Positions 22,537-37,827 are shown, counted from the stretch's first letter. The stretch: 64,000 nt of DNA from Eledone cirrhosa (GCA_964016885.1 OZ024749.1:38006001-38070000), one strand, 5' to 3'. Translations and numbers: made by a program. Notes: generated from the letters alone by a model not told the origin.

Positions 22537-23968
22537 GATATTAATAAATGGAAACTATATTTATAAAACCATATTTATTTCATTATATATATTTCAAGGA
22601 TACCTGCTGGCCTCCAACAGCAACGGTCAATTTTTAAAGGGGTACGTCAATGTCTATTTATAAAACTGTTATATATTGTATTTTGTCTGATGAAGGCATA
22701 CCATAATGTAACTTGCTATCCTTGAAATATATATAATGAAATAAATATGGTTCTATAAATATAGTTTCCATTTATTAATATCGTATATCTACTCCAAATA
22801 TTTGTCGAGTGCTTTATATCAGTTATAAAAATATTTGCTTGTTGTATCCCAACAATTTAAATAGAACTTTTGCATATATATATGTGAAAGTTCTATTTAA
22901 ATTGATGGGATACAACAAGCAAATATTTTTATAACTGATATAAAGTACTCAACAAACATTTGGAGTAAAAATACGATATTAACAAATGGAACCTATATTT
23001 ATAAAACCATATTTATTTCATTATACATATTTCAAGGATACCAAGTTAAATTATGGTGTGCTTTCATCAGATAAAATATAATATAGAGCAGTTTTATAAA
23101 TAAATATTGACATACCCTTAAAGAATGCAACCATTACTGTTGGAAGCTCCCGGATAGTGGGGTTATAAGTTTATTTATACTATTATGTAAATTAGTATTG
23201 GATATTTTTAAAATAAGCCGATGGGTTACGGAGAAAGAGAGAGAGAAGAACAAGAGAGAGAAAAAAGAAAAAAGAGTGAGAAAAGAGAAAGAGAAAGGAG
23301 AGAGAGCGAAAACTCTAAGTGATAGGTTGTTGAGTTATTTTAACATTTGAGATGAAGTGAAAGAATAAATAAATATTTATTTTTTATGGATGAATAGAGA
23401 AATGTAAATAACCGTGAATGGAAGATACATATATAATATGAGAATTGTAACCATTGTTTAAATATGATTAAATGTTTAGTTTATCATTTAAATCATTGAG
23501 ATTTATACATTAAAAATTGAGATCTATATATTAAGAAATCTAGATATTATTATTAAGACTATATATTCTTAAAAAATCTATATATTATTAGAAGAATATA
23601 TTCATATATATACACACGCACGCACACATACACATACATATAAATACATATACACGTATAAATACATATACATATATATCTACGTACATAATATATTCTC
23701 TCTCTTTCTCCGTAACCCAACGGCTTATTTAAAAAATATTCAATACTAATTTACATAATAGTATAAATAAACTTATAACCCCACTATCCGGGAGCTTCCA
23801 ACAGTAATGGTTGCATTATTTAAGGGTATGTCAATATTTATTTATAAAACTGCTCTATATTATATTTTATCTGATGAAAGCACACCATAATTTAACTTGG
23901 TGTCCTTGAAATATGTATAATGAAATAAATATGGTTTTATAAATATAGTTTCCATTTGTTAATATCGT
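22537..23968. mobile_element. Two adjacent fold-back family-A elements in (TA)n with three hammerheads
   Basis: HHRs at 22679-22743(+), 23014-23078(-), 23863-23927(+); inverted arms around (TA)5 near 22878 and between about 22975-23240 and 23700-23968. Confidence 0.8.
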
Positions 23969-23986
23969 ATATATATATATAATATC

Positions 23987-24075
<89 letters not shown>

Positions 24076-24088
24076 CATATATATATAT

Positions 24089-24124
<36 letters not shown>

Positions 24125-24125
<1 letters not shown>

Positions 24126-24933
24126 GAAGTGGTTACACAACAGTTAGTTCACCATACCGAGAACAATTGTTTCCCCTTTGCGGATCTTCAGCTCGGGATG
24201 TATATGGTTATAGGAACAGGAAGGACAACCGTACGAACGCGCATGCGCAGAAACTTGGTCACTTCGCACAGGCAATAGTAGACTGCGTGCGGGGATGTAA
24301 GGGAGATAACTGCGAAAGTCCGGAAAGTTTTTGGGTTGAAAATAAAATTAAAAAATTTAAAAATAAAATTACAAAGAATCAGTCCGGAGCCTTGTAGTTA
24401 TGTAATAGATGTTTGGTGACGTGTGGACAACGTGTGAAAAATTCACTTCTCGTGTTTAGGCAATCACTATTGCGTAATCTTTTTAGGATAGTTATTCGTC
24501 CGTCAATACATAAGCCACACGTCGGATTTCCCCTTGCGTATGGCTTGGACTTAGTGATGACTTTCCATTGAATGGAGTGCCCTATACTTGAGTCCTTGAG
24601 GGACAATACGTGGCTCGCGAGTTTCGTGGAAGAACGTCTGTTCGGGTATCTGAAGGTAGACTGGTGGTTCAGGAAACGCTCCTTGAATCGGCCCTTCGCC
24701 AAGCCCACATAGGATTTAACCCCTGTGGTTCGTGTGGTCGGTTGGAAGTGACCACAGCTTCATAGATTACAACTGGTGTGTTGCATTGTTGTTGAAGGGG
24801 GCAAGCTTCAGGCTTACGGCAAGAGCACCCTGGTGGGGTGTTGCTCCTAGGGCTGCTGGTGATGTGGGCCTTCATGTTCTTAGCGCAGGAGTATTCTAGT
24901 TTAACTTTGTGTCGGTTAAAGATGGAGCGGTAC
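24125..24933 (-). pseudogene. Naiad-like PLE 3' fragment (frameshifted GIY-YIG plus HHR-bearing 3' region)
   Basis: CSCRKPEACPL, VIY, YVGL..FKERFLNH, CGLC, LNTRSE..CPH. Confidence 0.85.
24157..24196 (-). ncRNA. Minimal type I hammerhead ribozyme
   Basis: CCGAG-CTGAAGA-TCC GCAAA GGG-GAAA-CAATTG-TT-CTCGG; palindromic stem III ACAATTGT. Confidence 0.9.
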
Positions 24934-24942
24934 ATATATATA

Positions 24943-25432
24943 TCTTGGTTGTCCATCTTAAACGATGATGACATCTTCTTCATTGTTGTTCCCGTCTGCC
25001 GTGGGCACGAAGGTGGCTGTGGAGGCCGATCCTTGATTTGCAGGTCCGGGGACAGTGGGGGCAGGGGGAAGAGTCGCTTGGGGCAGCTGCTGATGCCTTT
25101 CTCCACCTTTCACGGGCCTCAGTGACCTCTTCCCGTCCCTTCAATTCAAAAGAGTTTTGGCGCATCTGGTAAGGGCTCGCCACTCAGTCCTGTCCTGAGC
25201 ATGAGACTCGGGTTGTTTTGCGGCGATTCCAGTGTTGTTGATGCTGGACATCACACAGTCTTTGAACCTCTTGAGGGGCCTGTCCTGCTTTCGTTTCCCC
25301 CGAGCAGAGTTCCCCATACATCATTTGCTTCGAAAACCTGTGAACGTCCATCCGGATTACATGTCCCACCCATCGGTTTTTCAGTATCAAGAACTTGGAG
25401 GTTGGAGACCTTGTCCTGCCATTTGCTGTTCA
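24943..25432 (-). pseudogene. RTE/BovB-like LINE 3' fragment
   Basis: WQDKVSN, RWVGHVIRM, YGEL, terminal CPHCPRTCKSRIGLHSHLRAH; several frameshifts. Confidence 0.85.
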
Positions 25433-25441
25433 TATATATAA

Positions 25442-25499
<58 letters not shown>

Positions 25500-25537
25500 T
25501 AATTATATAATATACATATATATGTATATATATATGA

Positions 25538-25587
<50 letters not shown>

Positions 25588-25602
25588 ATATATATATAAA
25601 TA

Positions 25603-25646
<44 letters not shown>

Positions 25647-25732
25647 TCGCTAATTATATAATATAGATAGATATATATATATATGTATATATATATATAT
25701 GAGTGTGCGTGTATATATATGTATATATATAT

Positions 25733-25808
<76 letters not shown>

Positions 25809-25914
25809 ATATTATATATATAGATAGATAATTATATAATATACATATATGTATATATATATGCGTGTGTATACAATTATTACTACTACTATATATATAT
25901 ACACACACACACAC

Positions 25915-25968
<54 letters not shown>

Positions 25969-25989
25969 ATATATATAGTAGTAGTAATA

Positions 25990-26162
25990 ATAGTTTCTAC
26001 TTTAGGCACAAGGCCAGCGATCACCCAGTGCATTACTGCTACTTTATTTTATCAACCCCATAAGGATGAAAGGCAAAGTTAACCTCGGCAGGATTTGAAC
26101 TCAGACTGTAAAGGGACGTAACTATGCTAGAAAACATGGCGTCCAACCCTCTACCGATACTG
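25990..26162 (-). mobile_element. S1 SINE
   Basis: Matches the S1 consensus. Confidence 0.88.
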
Positions 26163-26372
26163 AATAATGATCATAAGATCTGTAAATTATGAAATATTTT
26201 TGGAAAATATTACATATTTAGCGGTTGTTGAATATTGGAAAATCTGTTCTGTTGGTAGTAATTGTTATTACTGATGTTATTCCTGATGTTGTTGTTCACG
26301 ACTCTATTTCCTGAGGTTCTTTATTTGAAAGATATCAACAATGCCTCCATATATATATATATATATATATAT

Positions 26373-26476
<104 letters not shown>

Positions 26477-26512
26477 GCCTCCATATATATATATATATAT
26501 ATATATATGCCT

Positions 26513-26547
<35 letters not shown>

Positions 26548-26548
26548 T

Positions 26549-26722
<174 letters not shown>

Positions 26723-27114
26723 GATGGTGATGATGATAGTGTTAGATATGGAGTGATGGTGGTGGTGGTGGAGGGGGCAGTGTTGATGAGCATGAGAAGG
26801 GGTTCACGATAATGGTGATAACGGTGATGATGATTCTAGGAACCATAATAAAGTTATTGGTGACGAGGTTTATTATGATTACATAAAATGATATGTTCCT
26901 GTTGTTATCAAGAAATGAACAGTTGCACAGCAGCTGCAATGTTGTCATTGTAATATTAATAGCAGCAGTCGAGAGGTAGATGTAGTGGGGGTGTGGTGGG
27001 GGGGTCACTATTGAGAACACCAAACCAATTTGCTTCTGACCGGTGGAGCTTACATTATTTCTAAGTACGCACTGATGCTCAACAGCAGGATTGCAAATAG
27101 TTATATATACATAC

Positions 27115-27148
<34 letters not shown>

Positions 27149-27153
27149 ATATA

Positions 27154-27243
<90 letters not shown>

Positions 27244-27246
27244 AAC

Positions 27247-27399
<153 letters not shown>

Positions 27400-27455
27400 T
27401 ATATATACATATATACAAAAAAGAGAAACAGTGTTGCAACGAATGTAATTTATAC

Positions 27456-27488
<33 letters not shown>

Positions 27489-27533
27489 TATCAGTGTATG
27501 ATATCACCGAAAAAAAGAGAATCAGTGTATATA

Positions 27534-27614
<81 letters not shown>

Positions 27615-27651
27615 ATACATATATAAATTCCATTCGTCGCACACTAATTCT

Positions 27652-27694
<43 letters not shown>

Positions 27695-27990
27695 GTTTAC
27701 ATATATATATATATATATACACATACATACATATATGTGTTTTGCAACGGGTCACTTTGTGGCTCAATGAAAAGTTAATAAATTAAATAATCAGAGCTAT
27801 ATATCGAAATATTCGATAAATATTCCGTCGCGGTCGACGCGAGGGGCTAGTTTCGGTTATTTGTTGGAGATTTCTTCATAGAAGCCTTATTCTTATAGCC
27901 TGGTCTATTCGATTTTTTATATAGTTAATTATGCTAATTGGGAGAGGAAATGGTATATATTTTATCTGGTGATTCTATAGACATGTTTTA

Positions 27991-28067
<77 letters not shown>

Positions 28068-28068
<1 letters not shown>

Positions 28069-28217
28069 CGAAGGAAATGTGGTAAGGAACCAGGTGGACC
28101 ATAACGCACCAAAGTACTCAATACTTGAGGTAGTAGAGTGGGTAATAGGAACCAGTAGGACCAGAATTAGCCGTCGAAACGGCTTGAGCTCAGCTGTCGG
28201 GGTCCTACTGGTTCCTA
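28068..28217 (-). mobile_element. Family-B PLE 3'-end fragment with fold-back
   Basis: ACGAAGGAAATGTGGTAAGGAACCAGGTGGACC also at 30793, 31345 and (reverse, diverged) near 41960; 17-bp inverted arms 28146-28162/28201-28217. Confidence 0.7.
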
Positions 28218-28226
28218 TATATATAT

Positions 28227-28260
<34 letters not shown>

Positions 28261-29295
28261 TGTGTATATATATTGTGTGTATATATATATATAAATATAT
28301 ATATATATAAAAACAGGGGAAGAAAGAGGAAAACTGCGTGGTTGCACATGGGTTACATATTATAAAATTAGTCCCTCATCAGTGATTTGCCAACCATCAT
28401 TGGTATTTCATCGCATTAAAAATCATATTGGTGCGAGCAATAACTAAAATAAGCTATTGGGACAAGTGAATCGCGTAAAGCGAGTGAGACAAGTAAACAA
28501 CATAGAAGGAAAAGCAAACCGAAGGTAGGAAAAAAGCAAGCAACATGATGGTTATCCGGTCAGCATAAGCTGGGTGAATTTCATGAGCGGTCAGAAAACA
28601 GACCGTCCGACGTGAATGAGATGTGAGAAAGAAAGAATCCCACTACTAACGAACGGGAGGAAGTGAGAAGGGGAGAAACAGAGAGTGAGTGAGTGGAAGT
28701 GCGAGGAAGAGGTCAGTCGAGAGAAAGTGTAACTGACAGAGGGGGAAAAGGTTTCCAAGGATATGTGTCAAAGCATAGCGTCCGACCCTCTACCAATACT
28801 GCCAATCCACCGCCATTTGAACTGACAATCCAAATAATAACAATAATATTCTTGTGGAGTGAATATAGAGTAAAAAGAGATAATATCTACATACTACATA
28901 TTTGCTTATCTACATTATGAATATTAAATAATTGTTGAGTAGCTTTTGTATAATATATGTTGTATAAATTCTGCTCTTTATAAACGTATTGTATATAATA
29001 CAATGTCTATATAACATAATATATTCATAGATACACTTTGTAATTAATAGAAAAATGCGTCGTTGAATGTGTATAAAATATATTGTATATATATAATGTA
29101 TTCTAAAAATAATGATTTGCCAGCAATATTTAGTAGCAGCACTGTATCATCAATAAGGTGTTGCTGATTGAAATGTTTGAGTTCTTTAGAAATCACATCC
29201 TGAAATAAACGATTCAACAGTTGCCTATAGTACTACTGAAGTAGACTCTTCTGGAAAGCACTTACAGCCGGAAATGGGAAGCATAATCCGATGAT

Positions 29296-29370
<75 letters not shown>

Positions 29371-29396
29371 ATATACATAGTATATATGTATATATA

Positions 29397-29515
<119 letters not shown>

Positions 29516-29629
29516 TATGTATATGTATATATATATATGTATGTATATATATATTGCGTGTGTGTATATATATATATCGCTTATATGTATTCATTTAAAC
29601 ATATTTTCATATGTATGCATTTACTTTTC

Positions 29630-29712
<83 letters not shown>

Positions 29713-30349
29713 GGATACATATATAAATATAAAACATATTTTTATACATATATTGTTAATGCGTTATGTTTAAAAAACAAAAGAATGTTCAGTTTAAAAC
29801 ATTCAATAACCAGTCTACATGTATATATGTAACCATTACAGAAAGCTTGTGTTGGTTCTGTATTAAGTAAAGGACCAAACACAAAGGTATTAACAAAACA
29901 TTATATCCATAGTGGCTAACGGAAGCTCTTTAAAGATAGGCTAAGAGAGTAGGGAGTGTGAGGATGTTGTTTATTAGAGTATCATGTCAGATAAAAGCAA
30001 CAGTATATAGACAGTAGATATCAACAAAGGCAAGATGGTCGTGTGTATATTGCGTGTATAATTTATCTACTGAACACCAGAGTTCAGTTTCCTTTTGTGA
30101 CGTAGAGCAAGATATATGATACAATGATATAGCCAGAAGTTTTAAACATTTGGTAGAACTGGAAAGTCGATTGAATTAACCCCTCGTACTTAATTGGTAC
30201 CATATTTCTTTTCTAATGTGGGGCAACAATTTATTACACAATATAGGCAGAAAGCTAAACAATTTAATTTAGTTTTATAATATTATGGTTTTGCAATTTA
30301 GTTTTGTAGATCTAGTAATTGTAAAATCATAACATTATAAAATTAAATC

Positions 30350-30535
30350 GGTGGATTGGCAGTATTGGTAGAGGGTCGGACGCTAAGCTTTGACGTATAG
30401 AGTTACGGCCCTTGCCATTCTGAGTTCAAATCCCGCCGAGGTTAACTTTGCCTTTCATCCTTACGGAGTCGATAAAATAAAGTACCAGTAATGCACTGGG
30501 TAATTGCTGGCCTTGTTCCTAACGTAGAAACAATT
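30350..30535 (+). mobile_element. Full-length S1 SINE with 16-bp TSD
   Basis: ATTATAAAATTAAATC at 30334-30349 and 30533-30548. Confidence 0.92.
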
Positions 30536-30584
30536 ATAAAATTAAATCAAATTGTTTAGAACTACAAGTGAAGTCATTCTTTTC

Positions 30585-30660
<76 letters not shown>

Positions 30661-30753
30661 CATTATGAAGAGAGAAGAAACATTAGATATAATTAGTAAT
30701 AAGATATATCATATATCATAAACTGCTTCTTTAGTCCCCGACTACGTAGTTTC

Positions 30754-30792
<39 letters not shown>

Positions 30793-30793
<1 letters not shown>

Positions 30794-30990
30794 CGAAGGA
30801 AGTGTGGTAAGGAACCAGGTGGACCATAACGCACCAGAGTACTCGATACTTAATAGAGTGGGTAATAGGAAAAGAGTCAGGTCTCCGACGGCTGAGCTCC
30901 AGCCGTTTCGACAGCTAGATCTGAACTAACCCAGTTAGTTCAGATATAGCTGTCGAAACGGCTGGAGCTCAGCCGTCGGATCCTAACTAT

Positions 30991-30995
<5 letters not shown>
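30793..30995 (-). mobile_element. Family-B fragment with 47-bp-arm palindrome carrying HHR 3' halves
   Basis: Arms 30884-30930/30934-30980; GAAA-CGGCTG GAGCT CAGCCG-TC. Confidence 0.75.
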
Positions 30996-31033
<38 letters not shown>

Positions 31034-31224
31034 TTTAGGTTTGTTGCTTCACCACTGGATAGAACTGGTCATTCCGTATGGTCAACCTCGATGTAATATT
31101 AAGGAGAGCACTCGACGTAATGCAACTCACCCGTCTTCGTTTGTGTTGTTGGTGGTGCGAGTACGGAGTTAATTATTATAAAATAACATGAGGTTGGACT
31201 GGTGTAATTCCTTAAAGGTTTATT

Positions 31225-31282
31225 ATACTATGAACATTTCAATGACCGGGTTCAGTATGAATCCGGTGACATCATCAGGTAT
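31225..31282 (-). ncRNA. Type I hammerhead ribozyme
   Basis: ATAC-CTGATGA-long stem II (ACCGG..CCGGT)-GAAA-TGTTCA-TA-GTAT then AATAAA; downstream tail runs to (TA)n at 31030. Confidence 0.8.
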
Positions 31283-31296
31283 TCGAAATTTAACAG

Positions 31297-31346
<50 letters not shown>

Positions 31347-31430
31347 CGAAGGAAATGTGGTAAGGAACCAGGTGGACCATAACGCACCAAAGTACTCAAT
31401 ACTTAGGGTAGTAGAGTGGATAATAGGTTG

Positions 31431-31488
<58 letters not shown>

Positions 31489-31619
31489 GTGTGTGTGTGT
31501 GTGTGTGTGTGTGTGAATAAGTATTAATATGAATTTAGATTAAATCATTTGATTTTAAATAACTGGACTATTCCATTCTCGTTATAATAATCTCTTCAGA
31601 ATCCATTAAATAGAAATAC

Positions 31620-31722
31620 TTGTTTCTACTTTAGGCACAAGGCCAGCAATTACCCAGTGCATTACTGGTACTTTATTTTATCGACCCCCGTAAGGATGAA
31701 AGGCAAAGTCAACCTCGGCGGG
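31620..31722 (-). mobile_element. 5'-truncated S1 SINE
   Basis: 3' half of the consensus. Confidence 0.85.
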
Positions 31723-32024
31723 CTTTACATGCCCATAACATTATCACATACGTCAGAAAAGTATTATACATACAGACGCACACACACATATATATATATG
31801 ATGTTGACCAGTTCTCCTTTTCGGCTAGTGTTTTCGATGCTCAGAGAATGGGATTGGTCGAATGCAAAGCCTTTCCCCACTTGAAAAACATTCAAAGCAT
31901 AGGCATTGTTTGTTCAGGATATTTTACAGGCTTATGTGACTGGCCATAGCCTAAAAGCGCACCAAACTCTATAATATTCCAAGCAATTGCAATACTCTTA
32001 GCAGAGTTTGCAGCCATCATACAA

Positions 32025-32105
<81 letters not shown>

Positions 32106-32255
32106 CACACACACACTTATATATTTGCATATATACATATATATCAGTATATATATCTTACATGTAATTATACGGTTAATCAAGCGTGTATTTTTCTTAA
32201 ATAAATTTGCAAAACTTTGCAAAAGAAATAACGCCGGTCGATTCCATATTTACAT

Positions 32256-32300
<45 letters not shown>

Positions 32301-32878
32301 CAGCCACACACATAGACACATAAACAGTCAGATACTCAGAGACAGACAGACAAACGTTGAAAAAAAGAAAAAATAACAATTTGATTACAGACGTTGTAAT
32401 TCTTTGTTTTCTGGAATTTTGTAATGCTTTTTGACAAGAATTTTGACAGGACATCCATGACCCGACGTCATAACTGTCAGTTTTATGATCAGTCTTACTC
32501 TCACCCACCGCCAAACTCATCCACCACCGCCACCATCACAACCTCTATCACCACCACCTCTTCCATCACCACAGCCAATATTCTAATTTGTTTTTTTCTA
32601 TCTTTTATTTGTCACTCCCATCCACCACCATCATCACTACCACCACCAGTCTCCCACTCTCTCTCTCTTCCTCTTTTTCTCTCTCTCTATCTCTCTTGTC
32701 ACTCCCATCCACCACCACCATCACTACCTACACCAGTCTCCCTCTCTTTCTCTCTCTGTCTCTCTCTCTCTCTCTCTCGTCACTGTCCCCACCATCAGAC
32801 CCATCCCATATCTTTCTTTCTTTACCGTTTTCTTGTCACATTCAGCACCACCAATCATACCACCTCCACTACAACCAC

Positions 32879-32961
<83 letters not shown>

Positions 32962-33984
32962 TCTCTCTCTGCCCCCTCTTTCTCGCCCCAACGCCTCTCC
33001 CTCTCTCTTTCTCTCATTATTCTCACTCCACCACCTTTTATATCTTTTAATTTACTGACAGCCACAGAAATCTTCATTATATATTTATTTATTCATTTAG
33101 TTATTTTCGAATTTTGATTATGGAGGCAGCGATAAAATTGTTTCTTTATTTCACTTTTTTTAGAAATAAAAAAAATCTGTTTACATAAAAGCTGCAAATG
33201 ACACACACAAACACACACACACACACACACACACTCACACACTCACATATATATGTATGTGTGTGTGTGAGAGAGAGAGGGGGAGAGAGAAAGTGTGTGT
33301 GTGTGCGTGTGTATGTGTGTGTAAATATATGTATTTATGTATGTGTAATCTCTTACTAGTATGGAAAACAAACGTTAAATAATGGTGATAATGTTAATGT
33401 TAATGTGTGTGTGTATGTGTGTGTGTGCGTGCGTTTTTTCTTCAGATACACATTTTTGTCAATTATATTCCGAATTTATTTAGCCTTAGCGCCAATTATA
33501 TAATTGGTTTTAAGACTATATAAATTCTTCTTTTCTCCAAATCAAAATAATTTTATTTTTTCACAGTTTGTTTGTGGTTCTGTTTTTAAAATAACCTCGA
33601 TTTTTTTTTTTTTTTCTGTATACATTGATTACATTTGACATTAAATAATTCTTTAGTTTCGAATTACTATTTCAATAGCAATCGAATGTGACGTGTTTAA
33701 GCTGTGAAAACAAACAAGAAAAACTGAAAAAAAAAAAAAATTAAATAATGGTTTTTTTAACAAGCTCATTATATCGACCCCAGTACGTGGTGGGAACTAA
33801 ATTTTATCGACTTCGGAAGGATGAATGGAAAAGTTAATCTCAGCAATATTCGTAACCAGGACCCAGAGGGATGTAACAATATACTGCAATGCATTACATT
33901 CGAAGCATTATTTCGAGATAATGTTTAGCACTACATTTTCTCCATTATGAAGACAAATGAGTTAGTGGTTAAAGGAATGTGATG

Positions 33985-34097
<113 letters not shown>

Positions 34098-34121
34098 TAT
34101 GTATGCATATATATATATATG

Positions 34122-34175
<54 letters not shown>

Positions 34176-34521
34176 TATATAATTTAGTTATGTTTATACA
34201 AGGAAAAAAAGTGCTACCTAACTTTTCAAGGCTCAATATTGGCCGTATCACCAACATTTAAGAGGGTTCAAAATTATGACCTATCTCCAGGCGCTTGTAC
34301 GAGTTTATATATGGGCATTGAAACCTTATGTATCACTTTTGTCCTGTATATGAACATAAATAATATAATATTACTGCTCTCTTCCCTATTGAACAGTATT
34401 TTCCTTTTTCACTCTCCATACCTGCGGATATTGCTACATACACACACCCAGACACACACACATATATATGTATATACACACACCCAGACACACACACACA
34501 TATATATATACACACACCCAG

Positions 34522-34573
<52 letters not shown>

Positions 34574-34965
34574 AAAATACATGGAGAATAGAAATGGCTG
34601 TGTAGTTGCTATTTAAGGTAACTTAAAATGCAGTGGGAATACGAAGAGAGCAAGAACGGAGGGAGTTTTCCTCATCAGTTGTCTACTGGGGGTCTCGGAT
34701 ATTTCTACGCTTTAAAGGTAAGATATCTCACCCCAGGGCGTCAATAACTGAATAAGGTATTGGGAAAACAGAGGAAGGAGGGAAGGAAAGCAAAGGGAAG
34801 AAAAGAGAAAACAGTAACAAAACAGCTAAAAAAAAAACCACTAACCGAGGAATGTGCGAGCAACTATAGGTAGGAAATCCAACACCACTCGATAAGAGAA
34901 CTTAAGTTCAAGACTGAGTGGTCGAGAGGAAAAAGACACATGTCCGATCGCCGCATATATATATA

Positions 34966-35811
34966 TTTCAATCATATATATTTTTATATATTTTTATATT
35001 TTTAATCTGCTTGACCCGAATTACTTGATCGTTTTTTCGCTGTGCGGATGATTAGTTTAACCACCATGTGTTTGGCCTTTAACGTATGTTGTAGCTCTAA
35101 TTCATATGAAATATCGAGCGCTTGCCACACAACTCGGAAGTGTTTTCGTTAATTCCTGAGCTGAAATTCGATTCTCGCTAATTTATACTTGTATTAATCT
35201 CCAGAGTCCAGCTATTGGCCAGTTAATTTTATCGATTTTTTTGGTTTATTCTATTGACTGTTGAATAGCTTTGTTATATTTAACCACTCTGTCGAGAGCT
35301 TTATTCGATTTGTGATATTTTGCATTTTCGCAATATTATACACAACTGAATTCATTCGCCTAATATAAGTGTTGCCTCCCTTGCTGAACTCCACGTGGGG
35401 TCAGTAACAGACAAACTTATGTATACTATTGAGCTAAATCCCGTTGATAATGCGACTTCCTTGTTCAGTCATCATCTTGGCAGAAGCCTAACATCCTTTA
35501 TGTAAGCGGACAGTAAATGACTTAGGGAGCCGCAGAAACGCAAATACTGGATTTTACCATCTCTCCAGGGGTCCGGGTAAATTTTCAATCATATATATTT
35601 TTATATATTTTTATATTTTTAATCTGCTTGACCCGAATTACTTGATCGTTTTTTCGCTGTGCGGCTGATTAGTTTAACCACCATCTCAGTGTGTTTGGCC
35701 TTTAACGTATGTTGTAGCTCTAATTCATATGAAATATCGAGCGCTTGCCACACAACTCGGAAGTGTTTTTCGTTAATTCCTGAGCTGAAATTCGATTCTC
35801 GGTAATTTATA

Positions 35812-35813
<2 letters not shown>
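34966..35813. repeat. About 225-bp direct repeats (34966-35190, 35583-35813) bounded by (TA)n
   Basis: Near-identical copies about 617 bp apart. Confidence 0.85.
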
Positions 35814-35869
<56 letters not shown>

Positions 35870-35876
35870 CACACAC

Positions 35877-36474
<598 letters not shown>

Positions 36475-36632
36475 CCATTATGCACATGTATGGTTCCACT
36501 AACCTAATTAAAATAAGTGAAAGATATCTAGCTAGAATAGATACTAACGACTTGCACTTTTTCTATAGACACAAAGAAATTCGATCAGAAATATGTATGT
36601 ATATATGTATGCATGTAAGTATCTGTATGTGT

Positions 36633-36633
<1 letters not shown>

Positions 36634-36664
<31 letters not shown>

Positions 36665-36885
36665 TTTACGTCCGCTTTTCCCTGCTTGCAAGGGTGGGAC
36701 GGGAACTGATTCTGGCTTGATTTCTACAGCTGGATGCCCTTCCTAACACCAACCTCATTTACAGTGAGTGGTGGGTGCTTTTTTTCCGTGGCGCATACAA
36801 TACACGACCACTTTGCAGTGGAATGATAGGGACCCCAGTCCCTATCATCTCATTTCTACAACTGAGTAGACTGGAGCAATGTGAA
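36634..36885 (-). mobile_element. SINE with RTE-derived 3' tail and (TGA)n
   Basis: CCCGTCCCACCCTTGCAAGCAGGGAAAAGCGGACGTAAAA(TGA)n matches the end of the RTE at 54585-54643. Confidence 0.8.
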
Positions 36886-36902
36886 TATATAAGTATATTT
36901 AC

Positions 36903-36948
<46 letters not shown>

Positions 36949-36980
36949 AGATCAAAAGATGGTTAAAGGAGTTCAATATA

Positions 36981-37047
36981 TTTTATTATGCGCATTTCAA
37001 AAACAAACATCATCAAGCAATAATATTTGTGTTTTCATCAGATAAAA
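36981..37047 (-). ncRNA. Type I hammerhead ribozyme (family-A relative)
   Basis: TTTTAT-CTGATGA-stem II-GAAA-TGCGCA-TA-ATAAAA; palindromic ATGCGCAT. Confidence 0.8.
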
Positions 37048-37179
37048 CAGGAGAACATGATATGAAGGCTAAAAAACACTTGTGGATAGTGCAGTTTTAA
37101 ATCAACATATACATATATGTAGAGTGCTTCTTATCCGATATCTGCATTGCTTTATTGTACTACAATAAAACTCACCTCC

Positions 37180-37296
<117 letters not shown>

Positions 37297-37472
37297 ACAT
37301 ATATGTATGTATATATATGCATACATGTTTTTATATATACGCATACATGTATTTATATATATGCATATATGTATGCAGAGCGGCTATGAGAAACTATGAT
37401 AGTTGATTTTGCTCATTTTTGTCTAAGTATTATCTTTCAATACACGCATACATCCATACCTTACCCACACAC

Positions 37473-37547
<75 letters not shown>

Positions 37548-37691
37548 CATACAATATGTTGAAAAGGTAACACACTAGAGAGAGATACAGTGCGCTCTCA
37601 ACATATTGTATTTTAAAGAGCTCAGGATTTCCTCTCCTTTGAGCACATTATTTACAGGGAATGGCGAGAGTCTCATGCTCCGTTTATTTAT

Positions 37692-37741
<50 letters not shown>

Positions 37742-37827
37742 GTAGGTCCCGGGTTGAGTCGGGGATAACCACAGTAAGTAAGGTACTCAATACATGGCAG
37801 AGTAAATTTTTTTATTTTATAGAAGGA

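Noticed and set aside
30350-30440. tRNA gene
   Set aside because: A/B boxes belong to a multi-copy SINE head; no cloverleaf
34660-34745. CTGATGA with upstream GAAA on the minus strand (type II hammerhead?)
   Set aside because: Could not build stems I-III; the same problem applies at 28370-28412
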